64,000 bases of DNA from Bdellovibrionales bacterium. GTDB lineage: Bacteria; Bdellovibrionota; Bdellovibrionia; Bdellovibrionales; DASUEL01. The notes under the pieces were generated by a model that was not told the origin of the DNA, ran no database searches, and saw only the letters and a program-made list of their open reading frames with translations. Shown here in pieces: positions 20,236-29,962 of this stretch (position 1 is the stretch's first letter; each line of letters starts with the position of its first letter). The position numbers were made by a program, and so were the translations under genes. The DNA lies in contig JBFWOZ010000004.1 in NCBI GenBank assembly GCA_050250255.1, forward strand, positions 32,001 through 96,000, read 5' to 3'.

Positions 20236-20769
20236 GTGAAAATTATGATTGTAGTTCTTTTAAGTGTTTTTATTCATCTGTCTTACGCCTCTGCCGAGAG
20301 TGGAAGCTTTCGTTGCATTGACGAAATTGATCAACCTGGTGAAGTTGGCAAGTCTCTCGAACTAAGGGTGGAAAAGGGATGGGGAGATGCATCGATGGTT
20401 TTCATAACACCCTCAATCCTCGGGTCAACTGAGCTTGTTGAATTGTTTCGAATTCTAGAACCTGACCCTTACCCGCGTGATGCGTCCTTACGTTTTGACG
20501 GAGGTCTGGAAAACTCTGACTGCCAAATTACTTCTGATAGTAACGGTGAAATTCTAGGCTTTACTTGTGACTATCGACTTCGCGGAGCTGGCTTCTTTAA
20601 TTTAGTTCCTGGCAATGGAGTCGATATTGCGAATGTACTCGTTCGTGGGGAAAAGGTTAATAATTCAATGGTAATTACTCACGATATGGTTTTTACAAAA
20701 ATCGATGACACCGCCTCGCAACCTCTTACATTTGTGTTTAGAAGCATGAACAAGTGTATCCTTCTATAA
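20236..20769 (+). CDS. Hypothetical secreted protein
   Basis: GAGGAG SD, GTG start, signal peptide ending ASA, four Cys. Confidence 0.7.
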   Translation: MKIMIVVLLSVFIHLSYASAESGSFRCIDEIDQPGEVGKSLELRVEKGWGDASMVFITPSILGSTELVELFRILEPDPYPRDASLRFDGGLENSDCQITSDSNGEILGFTCDYRLRGAGFFNLVPGNGVDIANVLVRGEKVNNSMVITHDMVFTKIDDTASQPLTFVFRSMNKCILL

Positions 20770-20826
20770 ATAATGGACGCTGAGTAGGCAATTTAGAAAA
20801 TACTAATTAAGGATATGGAAGATATT

Positions 20827-21573
20827 ATGAGAACTTTAGGAATATTAATTTCAGTTTTGGTCGCTTCAACTAGTTTTGCAGGTAACTTTCAGAAAATAAA
20901 AGAGATTCCAAATCGCGATCCAATTTTATTTGGACCCGGTTGCGCAACTCCAGGTCAACATGCTCCAAAACTGCAATTTGACCCTCGTCTTCAAAATGGG
21001 TCGGTTCATGAATATAAGTATGTCCAGACGGATGCTTCGGGATTATTTAAATCTGCTAACTATGTAGTGACAGCCCAAAATATTTCATTGCAGAAGCTTG
21101 AAGAAAATTACAATTTAATATCGGTAAAGGGTATTAATTATAGCGGTCAAACTTCAGGTTCGGCAACGTGTTGGATGAATGAGAGTAACACATGCCAGTT
21201 TATTCCTTCAGCTTCGAATGAATTTGCAATGTTAGTTTGGGATCATGACTACATTTTTAGGCCGGAGTTTTGCACAGTTACTAATACCCTTAGTTACACT
21301 TTGAAAACGTTTAAGGGAGTTTACATGTTCCCTAGTGGAAAAACTGTGGAGGCATTCCAAATTATTCAAAATACAAATGCTGAAATTTTCTGCCTTGATG
21401 GATACATCGGCGTGGCGTCCGAAATATATTCTGAAGTTGTATCTAACGTAGTACCCAGTCGTCCTAAGGATCGAAACTTTTGCGGCGGAGTAAAACTCCT
21501 TACTTCGACTGAAATCAAGGTTGGCAGTAATTCGAAGTCTCATAAATCTTTAGAGCTTCTCTCTCAAAGATAG
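20827..21573 (+). CDS. Hypothetical secreted protein
   Basis: Signal peptide ending SFA. Beta-rich with six Cys. Confidence 0.7.
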   Translation: MRTLGILISVLVASTSFAGNFQKIKEIPNRDPILFGPGCATPGQHAPKLQFDPRLQNGSVHEYKYVQTDASGLFKSANYVVTAQNISLQKLEENYNLISVKGINYSGQTSGSATCWMNESNTCQFIPSASNEFAMLVWDHDYIFRPEFCTVTNTLSYTLKTFKGVYMFPSGKTVEAFQIIQNTNAEIFCLDGYIGVASEIYSEVVSNVVPSRPKDRNFCGGVKLLTSTEIKVGSNSKSHKSLELLSQR

Positions 21574-21901
21574 GTTGCTTGGGTTCATAAAACACTAGTT
21601 TGAAACAAAAATGGCGCTCAAGATCTCGAGCGCCAGATGATTCTACTAAGCTAAAACATTTCTCATGATCTCAAAAGCTCACCTTTCTTGGCTAGCTTGA
21701 ATAAAACACAGTGTTAACTGTGTAATTCATAAAGGCTGTTTATTGTTCTGTCTTGAGCGTAGGTAACATTTTTATCGGGCGGTCTTCGTTAGAGACTTTA
21801 AATCGAAATTTAGTGATCATTCGGCCAAGTTCATAATTGTTGCCACGGATATAGTTTATTTGCATGAAATGGGGTACAGGATTACCAGGAGGAACTTTTA
21901 T

Positions 21902-22420
21902 ATGAGATTCGTCTTAGGATTTATTCTTCTGGCTTTACAGGTGAATGCAAGCGGGGCCGAATTCTCTTTCGACTCCACATCATACAAGTGTTTGAACATA
22001 AACGACGAAGTAGGGTTAAATACTTATGACCAAGCCACACTCCCTATACCCTGTACTGACTTTCGCGGAAAAGCGTTGGTTTATAAGACCTGGGACAATT
22101 TAGATCTGAGGGGCTCTCGTTTTGGCAGCAACATTACTTATGGCAATGCTTTAGAGATAACGAACTCAGATCTTCGATATGCCACATTTGAAGCCTTAGC
22201 GCCTGGTCAAGGCTTCTCGCTCGAGGGGTCAGACCTCAGAGGGACTGATTTGAGCACAGTGGAAACCCGCTTTGTTAATCCAGGGAGTGGAACTCCACCC
22301 GAAATAATTATTCGATTGAATGGATGTCAGTTCGATTCTTCAACAAAGCTTCCGAAGCTCGATGGAGCAGCGATTAGCCAGAAACAGGCAATCTCTTGTT
22401 TTGGAATGATTCAACTCTAA
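21902..22420 (+). CDS. Secreted protein with short pentapeptide-like repeats
   Basis: AGGAGG SD, signal peptide, DLRGSRF / SDLRYATF / SDLRGTDLS, F.SSTKLP cap. Confidence 0.65.
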   Translation: MRFVLGFILLALQVNASGAEFSFDSTSYKCLNINDEVGLNTYDQATLPIPCTDFRGKALVYKTWDNLDLRGSRFGSNITYGNALEITNSDLRYATFEALAPGQGFSLEGSDLRGTDLSTVETRFVNPGSGTPPEIIIRLNGCQFDSSTKLPKLDGAAISQKQAISCFGMIQL

Positions 22421-22492
22421 ACAAAACAAAATATCAATTGAATTAGCTACGTTTATAAATACGCGACCACGAATTTCGGAAGCGCTTTTTAG

Positions 22493-22508
22493 TGGTATAT
22501 TTGTTGCT
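22493..22508 (+). promoter_or_regulatory. Putative sigma54 promoter
   Basis: TGGTAT-ATTTG-TTGCT with exact GG-N10-GC spacing, 25 nt before the ATG at 22534. Confidence 0.5.
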
Positions 22509-22533
22509 CATGATCTCTCGGTAAGAGGTCGAA

Positions 22534-23772
22534 ATGGCGAAATCAATTCTGTCAATTTTCTTGTTCATCGGAATGACTATGTCATCGACAGCTGTTTTCC
22601 CAATTTTGGCAGATGCAGCAGGTGGATCTGGCTGGATACAGCTGGCGGCTCAGGGTAAGGATCGAAAGGCCGCAGCAGACCTCGCCGAGTTCAATGGAAC
22701 TCTTTCTTCCAAAACTGATCCTGCTTTTAAAAATATGCTTGTCGAAACTGCAGCGGCTCTCGAACAAGGAATGTCAATCGCTCCTAATGATGCCAAAATC
22801 ACTCTATTTCGAGGAATAGATTTAATTAAGGATCAATTATCAGACTATAATTACGGTTCAAATCGAAGGCCCTTTTTTGCGGCTCGACTTTTTCGCGGTG
22901 GAGAACGGAATGGTACATTAAGGACAACTGGATTGCGAAAAATATCAGAAATCGGAGTTTTCGAAGCAAGTTCAAGGCACGCTCAAAATGCATATAAGTT
23001 TCAGAATACTCCTTTTATTTCGACATCCTTTAGCTTTGACGTAGCTGCTGCAAGTTCCGCTGTTTTAGTACTTCGGGTTGCTCCACAAAGGGTGTTAGTG
23101 GCAGCTTCTACGAGAGGTGAGTATGAGGTGCAATTACCCTTTTTTATCCATCCGAGTGAAATCGTCGGTGTGCTTGAGAAGGTAGACTATGAGGAAGCAG
23201 GATCTCGAGAATTGAGTGAATATAAACTAACAAAAATTTATAATGATCTTGAGGGGATGTCAGATAGAGAAGCCCAAAACCAAATCCAAAGTTGGGCACG
23301 AGAAAATCAACGAATTCTAAAACCTCTTGGCAGCCGTAATGACTTTGGAATACCTTTTGATGACCTTGTCCGGAAGAAGTTGAAAAACCCTCTTGTAAAA
23401 GTTCTTAGGGAGGAATCTCCCACTCGCGCTGAAATTGAGGCCATGGTCAAAGATATGAACTTGTTGCGCTCAAATTTCCGAAAGGCTCTCAAAGGGTATC
23501 AAGGTCAAGTTGATAGAAATTGGGGAACTAAGTTTATCAATGGTCTCATACCCTACGGAAAAACGGATATTAAGATTCAGGAATTCCTTGTTGATTTAGC
23601 GAATGATCGAAAATTTGATTCGTTACCTTACGACTGGTCTGACACGGCTCTCGAAGCACTACGAGTGATTTACAAAGGCGATAGAACTGCGTTGCGTGTA
23701 CTTCGCCGATCAGAAGCTATCATTCCAAATCCTCCGTTCGGTGTAAATAAATCCTGTAAGATGTTATTTTAA
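22534..23772 (+). CDS. Secreted protein with putative ADP-ribosyltransferase (R-S-E type) domain
   Basis: Signal-like N-terminus. LFRG, PFISTS and GEYEV occur in the order expected for the cholera/pertussis-toxin-like ART fold. Confidence 0.6.
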   Translation: MAKSILSIFLFIGMTMSSTAVFPILADAAGGSGWIQLAAQGKDRKAAADLAEFNGTLSSKTDPAFKNMLVETAAALEQGMSIAPNDAKITLFRGIDLIKDQLSDYNYGSNRRPFFAARLFRGGERNGTLRTTGLRKISEIGVFEASSRHAQNAYKFQNTPFISTSFSFDVAAASSAVLVLRVAPQRVLVAASTRGEYEVQLPFFIHPSEIVGVLEKVDYEEAGSRELSEYKLTKIYNDLEGMSDREAQNQIQSWARENQRILKPLGSRNDFGIPFDDLVRKKLKNPLVKVLREESPTRAEIEAMVKDMNLLRSNFRKALKGYQGQVDRNWGTKFINGLIPYGKTDIKIQEFLVDLANDRKFDSLPYDWSDTALEALRVIYKGDRTALRVLRRSEAIIPNPPFGVNKSCKMLF

Positions 23773-24095
23773 AGTTAGTAAAGTAGAAATCCATATCTAG
23801 GTGGACGGATTTCAAACGATTCTGGCACATCAAAATCTGAAAGACAGTGTTATGCGGCCACACCAACTCAAGTGATTGAATTCAACTATTGGAAGTTATG
23901 GAGAATTTGATGGAATAAATGCTCTGCAGACTAATGTTCCATTCAAGTTTTTTAGAAAATTAGTGCGTTTTTCATGTCGGGACAAGATCATATTAACGCT
24001 GACCTGTGAGTCAAATTTTTCAGGCTCAAAAGAATGGCCATCATGCTCTTCATTTCCAGTCACTGTCTGACCAGGAGCTCACATAAATAACGTCT

Positions 24096-25355
24096 TCAAG
24101 TGAGGCTTTTCGCTTTTTCGGCGAGCCCTTGAATGACAGAGTGGAAGTTCTTGAATTGCTCAATCGTCGCCTTACCAAAACGAGCCTCGAGACCTCGAGT
24201 GATTTCGGGGACTTTTGCGGTTCCTCCCGTGCAGCAGACAAGATCAATATCAGAATTTTCAACACCAGCGGCTTTCACCGTTTCATCCATCGAAGCAAAT
24301 ATTTTTGCAATGTTCGCGGCACTCATTTGATGGAATTCGTCAGGCGTGAACTCAGTCTTAATTTCAATATCAGGATACGGAAAATCGAAAATGGCTTTCA
24401 GCCCTTGGCAGACATCACGCTTCAGAGTTTCAATCGATTCATAGATACGAAAGCCTAAGTTGTCTTCGATAAGCGTAAAAAGCCGATCGATTTTTTGTTT
24501 ATCCGTGTCGTTAAGAGCGGCTTTTTGAACGCTCTTTAAAAAACTCATCACCTCCACTTTGGTCATTAAAGCAATGTCGGGAGGAGAACCCAGTTTATAT
24601 TTTATATCCGCAGGCATCGTGAGAATGTTTGAACTGAGCGGCAAGCGGTACTTGGCTTCGCTCCCAAAGTAGGGAGCAATTTTTCCCGTCATAATGGAAC
24701 TATCAAGGGCATCACCCGCTACCGGAGTTCCACCCACAGCAAGAACATCTGAAGGTTTAAAAGGTTTCGGTCCGAGCTTCAACACCGTAAAGTCAGAAGT
24801 TCCTCCACCCAAATCCACAACGAGAACCATTTTCTCCTCTGTGAGATGTTTTCGAAATTCATGAGCTGCCGCCAAAGGCTCGGGATAGAATTCAATATGC
24901 TTAAAGCCGGCGAACCTGGCCGCTCGCTCAAGACGCTCTTGCGCCAAACGATCATCTTCGTCGTTAAGAGAGAAGCGGGCCGGTCGTCCCAAAATAACGG
25001 AATCAACATTTTGATCAAAATAAGTATCCGCGCGAGATTTCATTTCCCGCAAGAAGCGACCGATTAATTCTGAGAGTTCATAAAAATCAGAGCCCATCAT
25101 CGTTCCGCGAAAACTTTGTATCGGCAGAAACTTTTTAACAGAGCGAAATAGTCGCCCTTCCGCGCGCTTCTCATCGTAAGCCCGAATGGCGGCTTTGCCA
25201 AAGACCGCCCCTCCTTCATTGGGGAAGAACATGAGGCTACGAAAGACGGTTGGATCAGCGTTGTCCCTATCTAAAGGAATGGGATCAACGGATTTACCAT
25301 CTTTTACTGCCGCTAACAGAGAATTTGAAGTTCCATAATCGATGGCATAGATCAT
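24096..25355 (-). CDS. Hsp70-family protein (YegD-like)
   Basis: IDYGTSNS, GRPARF, EPLAAA, DLGGGTSDF, TGG. Lacks the DnaK substrate-binding domain. Confidence 0.88.
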   Translation of the reverse strand: MIYAIDYGTSNSLLAAVKDGKSVDPIPLDRDNADPTVFRSLMFFPNEGGAVFGKAAIRAYDEKRAEGRLFRSVKKFLPIQSFRGTMMGSDFYELSELIGRFLREMKSRADTYFDQNVDSVILGRPARFSLNDEDDRLAQERLERAARFAGFKHIEFYPEPLAAAHEFRKHLTEEKMVLVVDLGGGTSDFTVLKLGPKPFKPSDVLAVGGTPVAGDALDSSIMTGKIAPYFGSEAKYRLPLSSNILTMPADIKYKLGSPPDIALMTKVEVMSFLKSVQKAALNDTDKQKIDRLFTLIEDNLGFRIYESIETLKRDVCQGLKAIFDFPYPDIEIKTEFTPDEFHQMSAANIAKIFASMDETVKAAGVENSDIDLVCCTGGTAKVPEITRGLEARFGKATIEQFKNFHSVIQGLAEKAKSLT

Positions 25356-25363
25356 TACTCTAT

Positions 25364-26014
25364 TTAGTTCTTCTTCACTTTTGATTCATCGACAGAAATT
25401 TGTATTTCTACACGACGATTTTTTGCACGGCCGTCAGTCGTTTTATTATCTGCAACCGGTTGTGAAGGTCCAAGACCCGCAAACGTTACGGTTCCTGCAG
25501 GAATACCCTGAGACACCATGTGAGTTTGTACGGCTTGCGCACGTTTTTCGCTTAACGTTTTGTTGATAGCAGTACTTCCCGTGCTATCTGTATGACCTGT
25601 TACGTGTAAAAGATCTTCGGGATATTTTTTGATGATTGCCGCAATTTGATTAAGGTTATTTATCGCATTTTGTTTTAATACTGCCGAGCCTGTGTCGAAA
25701 AGAATATCACCCTTGAGTTTGGTGATAATTCCATTTTCGGTGCGCTTCGTTTCAGCCAAAGCTTCTAATTCTTTAGCTTGTTTATCAAGGCGATTACCAA
25801 TGCTTCCACCAAGAAGAGCGCCTGCGGCCGCACCCCAAAGAGCACCTTTACCAGCGTTTCCTGTTTGATTACCAATGATCGCACCAAGACCCGCGCCGGC
25901 AGCAGCGCCGATACCTGCACCAGCCGCTGTTTTTTTCCCAGGACTTGTACAAGCGCCCGCTGCGAAAAGTGTAAACACAGAAAGTAGAATGGATTTTTGA
26001 AGTAGTTTAGACAT
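25364..26014 (-). CDS. OmpA-family lipoprotein with glycine zipper
   Basis: Lipobox AGAC, GAAAGA repeats, LFDTGS, GHTD, LSEKRA, NRRVE. AGGAG SD. Confidence 0.92.
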   Translation of the reverse strand: MSKLLQKSILLSVFTLFAAGACTSPGKKTAAGAGIGAAAGAGLGAIIGNQTGNAGKGALWGAAAGALLGGSIGNRLDKQAKELEALAETKRTENGIITKLKGDILFDTGSAVLKQNAINNLNQIAAIIKKYPEDLLHVTGHTDSTGSTAINKTLSEKRAQAVQTHMVSQGIPAGTVTFAGLGPSQPVADNKTTDGRAKNRRVEIQISVDESKVKKN

Positions 26015-26068
26015 GAGTTGCTCCTTTGCTAAAAAGCAATGGTAGCAACTCGTCAGGAAATACAAAAC

Positions 26069-26440
26069 TTATTTTGCGTATCGTCTACCCATGGCTTCAC
26101 GAATTTCAGCACCTTCAATGCTGAGTCGTGTCCATGGAATCGCAAGGAGTCGATCCGCTTCGATCAGCTCTTCTGTCTCTTCGCAAATACCGTAATTACC
26201 GTTTTCAATACGGGACAACGCCATTTCAATTTCTAATAAATTGTGACGAAGTCGTTCTTGATTTGCGATGAACTCGCTCTCCTGAAGCAGACGTGCTGTT
26301 TGATCAGCCTCATCTCCACCCTCAGGTTCCGAGTTCGTTAGAGCTTCTCGACCTTGCTTTACGCGGTTAAGAATATTCGCCTTCGCTTCCAAGAGCTTTC
26401 TTTTACACTCTAAGAAGACATCCCCTCTTTTTGTTGCCAT
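26069..26440 (-). CDS. dksA: DksA/TraR family RNA polymerase-binding protein
   Basis: DEADQT acidic tip, AL.RI..G.YGIC, RL.AIPW. Only one Cys. Confidence 0.8.
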   Translation of the reverse strand: MATKRGDVFLECKRKLLEAKANILNRVKQGREALTNSEPEGGDEADQTARLLQESEFIANQERLRHNLLEIEMALSRIENGNYGICEETEELIEADRLLAIPWTRLSIEGAEIREAMGRRYAK

Positions 26441-26692
26441 ATCCCCTCCCATGGCATTTTCACTTTTCTCGCTTTAGACATTTCCCCAAATGCCTCAGCG
26501 CACAAAACGAAAAGTGAATGATCTATTTAGACATAGAGTTTGGACCCTGCGCAATCATTTTCTTAAAAAAACTTACACGCCGTATCCAATTGAAGTTAAA
26601 GAGGAAACCAGACTAGATCAAAGTACAGATTTGGCTCATTTTGAGATCTTAAATTCTCTTACTTTTAGCGGCTTGGTCGAGCTTCGAAAGCC

Positions 26693-27142
26693 CTAAATCT
26701 GGGGGCTTTCAGAGGATATGGAGGCAGTCTCGAGATGAATTTGCTCCACCTCAATTCCGACCTGATTCAGGAAGGTCACACTGTCCTTAAGCCTGTAGGG
26801 GTGAAGAAAGAAAACCTTCCTCACGCCACCTAAATTGATCAAACGCTTAGCACACATCACGCAAGGAAGATGAGTGACAAAGACATGTTTTTCCCAAGTA
26901 CGAGGTGAATCGCAATTAATAACGGCGTTTTCTTCTGAATGAAGACACCCACAATTCCCGACTTCATCCCGATCACATTTGTTAGCAAGACCCGAAGCAT
27001 TCCCGTTGTAACCAACCGCCAATACCTTTCGATAATCGAGACTCGTGATCACCGTACCCACTTTCAAGCGCATGCAAGTGGAACGCTCGGCGAGACTGAG
27101 CGCAAGCTTCATGTATATGGATTCAAAACTGGGGCGAGCCAT
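26693..27142 (-). CDS. dCMP deaminase (ComEB-like)
   Basis: RSTC, GYNG, HSEENA, PCVMC zinc-deaminase motifs. Confidence 0.85.
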   Translation of the reverse strand: MARPSFESIYMKLALSLAERSTCMRLKVGTVITSLDYRKVLAVGYNGNASGLANKCDRDEVGNCGCLHSEENAVINCDSPRTWEKHVFVTHLPCVMCAKRLINLGGVRKVFFLHPYRLKDSVTFLNQVGIEVEQIHLETASISSESPQI

Positions 27143-27152
27143 TTTTTCTCCT

Positions 27153-27920
27153 TTAAGACGACAAAGTTAAAACAATAGGGCAATGGTCGGAGCCCTCGAC
27201 TTGATCAAGTATATCTGCGGACTGAATTTTTTTTTCTAAATTTTTTGAAACCGAAATGTAATCAATACGCCAACCGCGATTTCCCACCCGTGCTAGCTCT
27301 CGGTAAGACCACCAGGTGTACTTGTCTTTTACATTGGGATGAACATGACGGTAGGTATCGATAAAGCCTGCTTCTAAGAAGCTTGAAAACCATTTTCTTT
27401 CCTCAGGCAAAAAACCGCTGATTTTAGAAAGACGTACGGGATCGTAAACATCCACTTCTTTATGAGCGACGTTGTAATCTCCCAAAACGATCACTTTTTC
27501 GCCTCGCTTAACGCGCTCCTGTAGATGCTTTAAAAAATCGGCGAGAAAGCGTTGTTTGTAGAGATGCCGCACATCTCCCGAACCACCGTTAGGAAAATAG
27601 ACATTGTAGATCCAAATATCTTCATGCTGAGTGACAACAAAACGTCCCTCCGTATCATATTCGGCAATATCAATTCCATAGAGTGTATCATCGGCAGGGC
27701 TACGGCAAAATGTCGCCGTACCCGAATAGCCCTTGCGCAGAGCGGAGCTCCAATAGCTCTCACGATTATCTAGACGAATAATACTGGGCTCTAGCTGTTC
27801 ACGATGCACTTTCGTTTCTTGCACACAAAATACGTCGGGCGATTCCTTTTGGACGAAATCAAGAAGACCTTTTTTATAGCAAGCACGAATGCCGTTCACG
27901 TTCCAAGAAATAATCTTCAT
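27153..27920 (-). CDS. xth: Exodeoxyribonuclease III
   Basis: SWNVNGIRA, QETK, YFPNG, GDYNVAH, YTWWSYR, GWRIDY, SDHCP. Confidence 0.95.
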   Translation of the reverse strand: MKIISWNVNGIRACYKKGLLDFVQKESPDVFCVQETKVHREQLEPSIIRLDNRESYWSSALRKGYSGTATFCRSPADDTLYGIDIAEYDTEGRFVVTQHEDIWIYNVYFPNGGSGDVRHLYKQRFLADFLKHLQERVKRGEKVIVLGDYNVAHKEVDVYDPVRLSKISGFLPEERKWFSSFLEAGFIDTYRHVHPNVKDKYTWWSYRELARVGNRGWRIDYISVSKNLEKKIQSADILDQVEGSDHCPIVLTLSS

Positions 27921-28043
27921 CGGGGCCTCTGGTTCACCTTTTCCATGTCTTGCCGAGACTCCTATTTTGTGGCACACATGTAGGAGTCTTAACAAACCAA
28001 ACTCGAATTTACGCGTTAAGCCATTTTAGAATAAGGAGCACTT

Positions 28044-28565
28044 ATGCCAATGATCGGTCAACCAGCACCCCAGTTTAAAGCCCCAGCTCTCGTCAAAGGT
28101 GATTTCAAAGACATCAGCCTTTCTGACTACAAAGGTAAATGGGTTGTACTATTCTTTTATCCCCTCGATTTCACATTCGTATGTCCTACAGAAATCACTC
28201 AATTCCGTGATCGCCTAGAGTCTTTCAAAAAAGCGGGCGCAGAAGTGATCGGCGCGAGCGTAGATTCCGTTCACTCTCATAAGCGTTGGTGCAAAGACGA
28301 TCTTGGTGAATTAAATTATCCACTCATCGGTGACATTACAAAACGTGTGTCTCGTGATTACGGCGTTCTTTTTGAAGACAAAGGAATCGCAACTCGCGGA
28401 ACTTTCATCATCGATCCAGAAGGTGTTCTTCAGTACATGGGAATTCATAACTTAAACGTAGGTCGCGATACCGACGAAATTCTTCGTGTTCTCTCAGGTC
28501 TTCAATCTGGCGAACTTTGTGGCGCTGGCTGGAAACCAGGTGCAAAGCACGTGGTACCTAAATAA
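28044..28565 (+). CDS. ahpC: 2-Cys peroxiredoxin
   Basis: FFYPLDFTFVCPTE, RGTFIIDP, GR...E.LR, resolving Cys in LCGAGW. Confidence 0.92.
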   Translation: MPMIGQPAPQFKAPALVKGDFKDISLSDYKGKWVVLFFYPLDFTFVCPTEITQFRDRLESFKKAGAEVIGASVDSVHSHKRWCKDDLGELNYPLIGDITKRVSRDYGVLFEDKGIATRGTFIIDPEGVLQYMGIHNLNVGRDTDEILRVLSGLQSGELCGAGWKPGAKHVVPK

Positions 28566-28587
28566 AGGACTCGAACGTTTCTAGCTT

Positions 28588-28618
28588 AAAAAAAGGGAAG
28601 CATGCGCTTCCCTTTTTT
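28588..28618 (+). terminator. Intrinsic terminator (possibly bidirectional)
   Basis: AAAAAAA-GGGAAGC-ATGC-GCTTCCC-TTTTTT. Confidence 0.8.
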
Positions 28619-28637
28619 ATTTTACCAAAAGGATCTC

Positions 28638-29819
28638 ATGACAAAACAAATGCAACTGAACGCTTACCTCAAAACGAAATGCCCGACTCTGACAACAGAT
28701 CTGAGCGGATATGTGATTTCTCCTTTTCATCTGCAGTTGCCAGAATCCGTTTTGACCCAAGCAAAAAAATCCGTCGAAGCTTTTTTTAGACTTAGAAACA
28801 ATCCGACTTATCAGGCCTACGTCAATGAGCAACGACCGAATCTCGAAGTGAAAAAAAATTACGCCGTGTTAATGAGCTATGACTTTCATCTGACCGAAAA
28901 CGGTTTAAAGATGATCGAGATCAATACCAACGCATCTTCTTCTCTTCTCTTTGCTTATCTTTATGAAATGGAAAATCTTAAAGAATTGGGAACATCACCA
29001 TTTCTCAATCAAATTCATCAATCTTTTAAAGAAGAACTACAACTCTGCTCAATGAACACAGAAGGTGTGAACGCCTGGATTATGGATGAAGACCCCGCTC
29101 ACCAAAAAATGTATGTAGAGTTTCAGCTTTACCAACAGCTCATGAAATCCTGGGGATGGCATGCCGAGATCGTGGATACCAAAACCTGGAGCACGAAAAA
29201 AGATGTCGATCTGGATCAGAAAAAAGACGCCGTTCAAATGATTTATAATCGTTCAACGGATTTTTATTTCGACAAGAGTCCATTTTTAAAAAATCTTTAC
29301 CACAGCGGGCGCGTTTGCTTTTCTCCTAACCCGCACGAATATTCTTTGCTAGCCGACAAACAAAGAATGATCGACATGAGTTTAAAAACCAATCACGAAA
29401 AGTGGGGAATGAGTGCAGAAGACAGCGAAATACTTCTTCAGGTTTTACCAGAATCTTACGATTCTTCTCACACCGAGCTAGAGGTCCTCTGGGAAAAAAG
29501 AAAAAACTTATTCTTCAAACCTAAAAGTTCCTATGGAGGAAAAGCCGCCTATCGAGGATCTTCCATTTCAAGAAAAGCTTTTGAAGCCATGCCAAAGGGA
29601 GAGTTTTTAGCGCAAGAATACATCACGGCTCCTTCCATTGAAGCCTACTGCGATAAAGCCCGCCTCGGAGTGGAAGCAGATCTCCAAGAGTATAAATTTG
29701 ATTTACGTTTTTACGCTTACCAAGATCAAATTCAACTCGCCGGTGCACGAGTCTTTAAAGGACAACTCACGAATTTTCGTGAGCCACACTCAGGACTCGC
29801 AACAATCGACTTTCAGTAG
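28638..29819 (+). CDS. ATP-grasp ligase-like protein (glutathione synthetase / circularly permuted ATP-grasp-like)
   Basis: YDFHL, IEINTNA, IYNR.TD, ADK, FKPKSSYGGK, AQEYI, DLR. Confidence 0.65.
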   Translation: MTKQMQLNAYLKTKCPTLTTDLSGYVISPFHLQLPESVLTQAKKSVEAFFRLRNNPTYQAYVNEQRPNLEVKKNYAVLMSYDFHLTENGLKMIEINTNASSSLLFAYLYEMENLKELGTSPFLNQIHQSFKEELQLCSMNTEGVNAWIMDEDPAHQKMYVEFQLYQQLMKSWGWHAEIVDTKTWSTKKDVDLDQKKDAVQMIYNRSTDFYFDKSPFLKNLYHSGRVCFSPNPHEYSLLADKQRMIDMSLKTNHEKWGMSAEDSEILLQVLPESYDSSHTELEVLWEKRKNLFFKPKSSYGGKAAYRGSSISRKAFEAMPKGEFLAQEYITAPSIEAYCDKARLGVEADLQEYKFDLRFYAYQDQIQLAGARVFKGQLTNFREPHSGLATIDFQ

Positions 29820-29926
29820 CTGAAACAGAAATGTGATGAGCCCAGACTTTGGAAGAGCGCATATGTCTCTCTCCGGGAAACTTCGCGAAAAATTCAATGA
29901 ATTCGCAGTTTTCTCGAGCTATTTCA

Positions 29927-29953
29927 TAAAGTGATGCCCCACGACACCGATAC
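29927..29953 (+). promoter_or_regulatory. Putative sigma28 (FliA) promoter
   Basis: TAAA-N15-ACCGATAC against consensus TAAA-N15-GCCGATAA. Confidence 0.55.
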
Positions 29954-29962
29954 CTAGTCTAG

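Noticed and set aside
21612..21635. Hairpin TGGCGCTC/GAGCGCCA inside the secreted-gene array as a cassette recombination site
   Set aside because: Single occurrence with no similar site between the other genes. Probably a terminator.
23776..24095. ORF 23876..24070 and possible gene remnant at the island's right edge
   Set aside because: No SD and no recognisable similarity in the frames read. Cannot support a CDS or pseudogene call.
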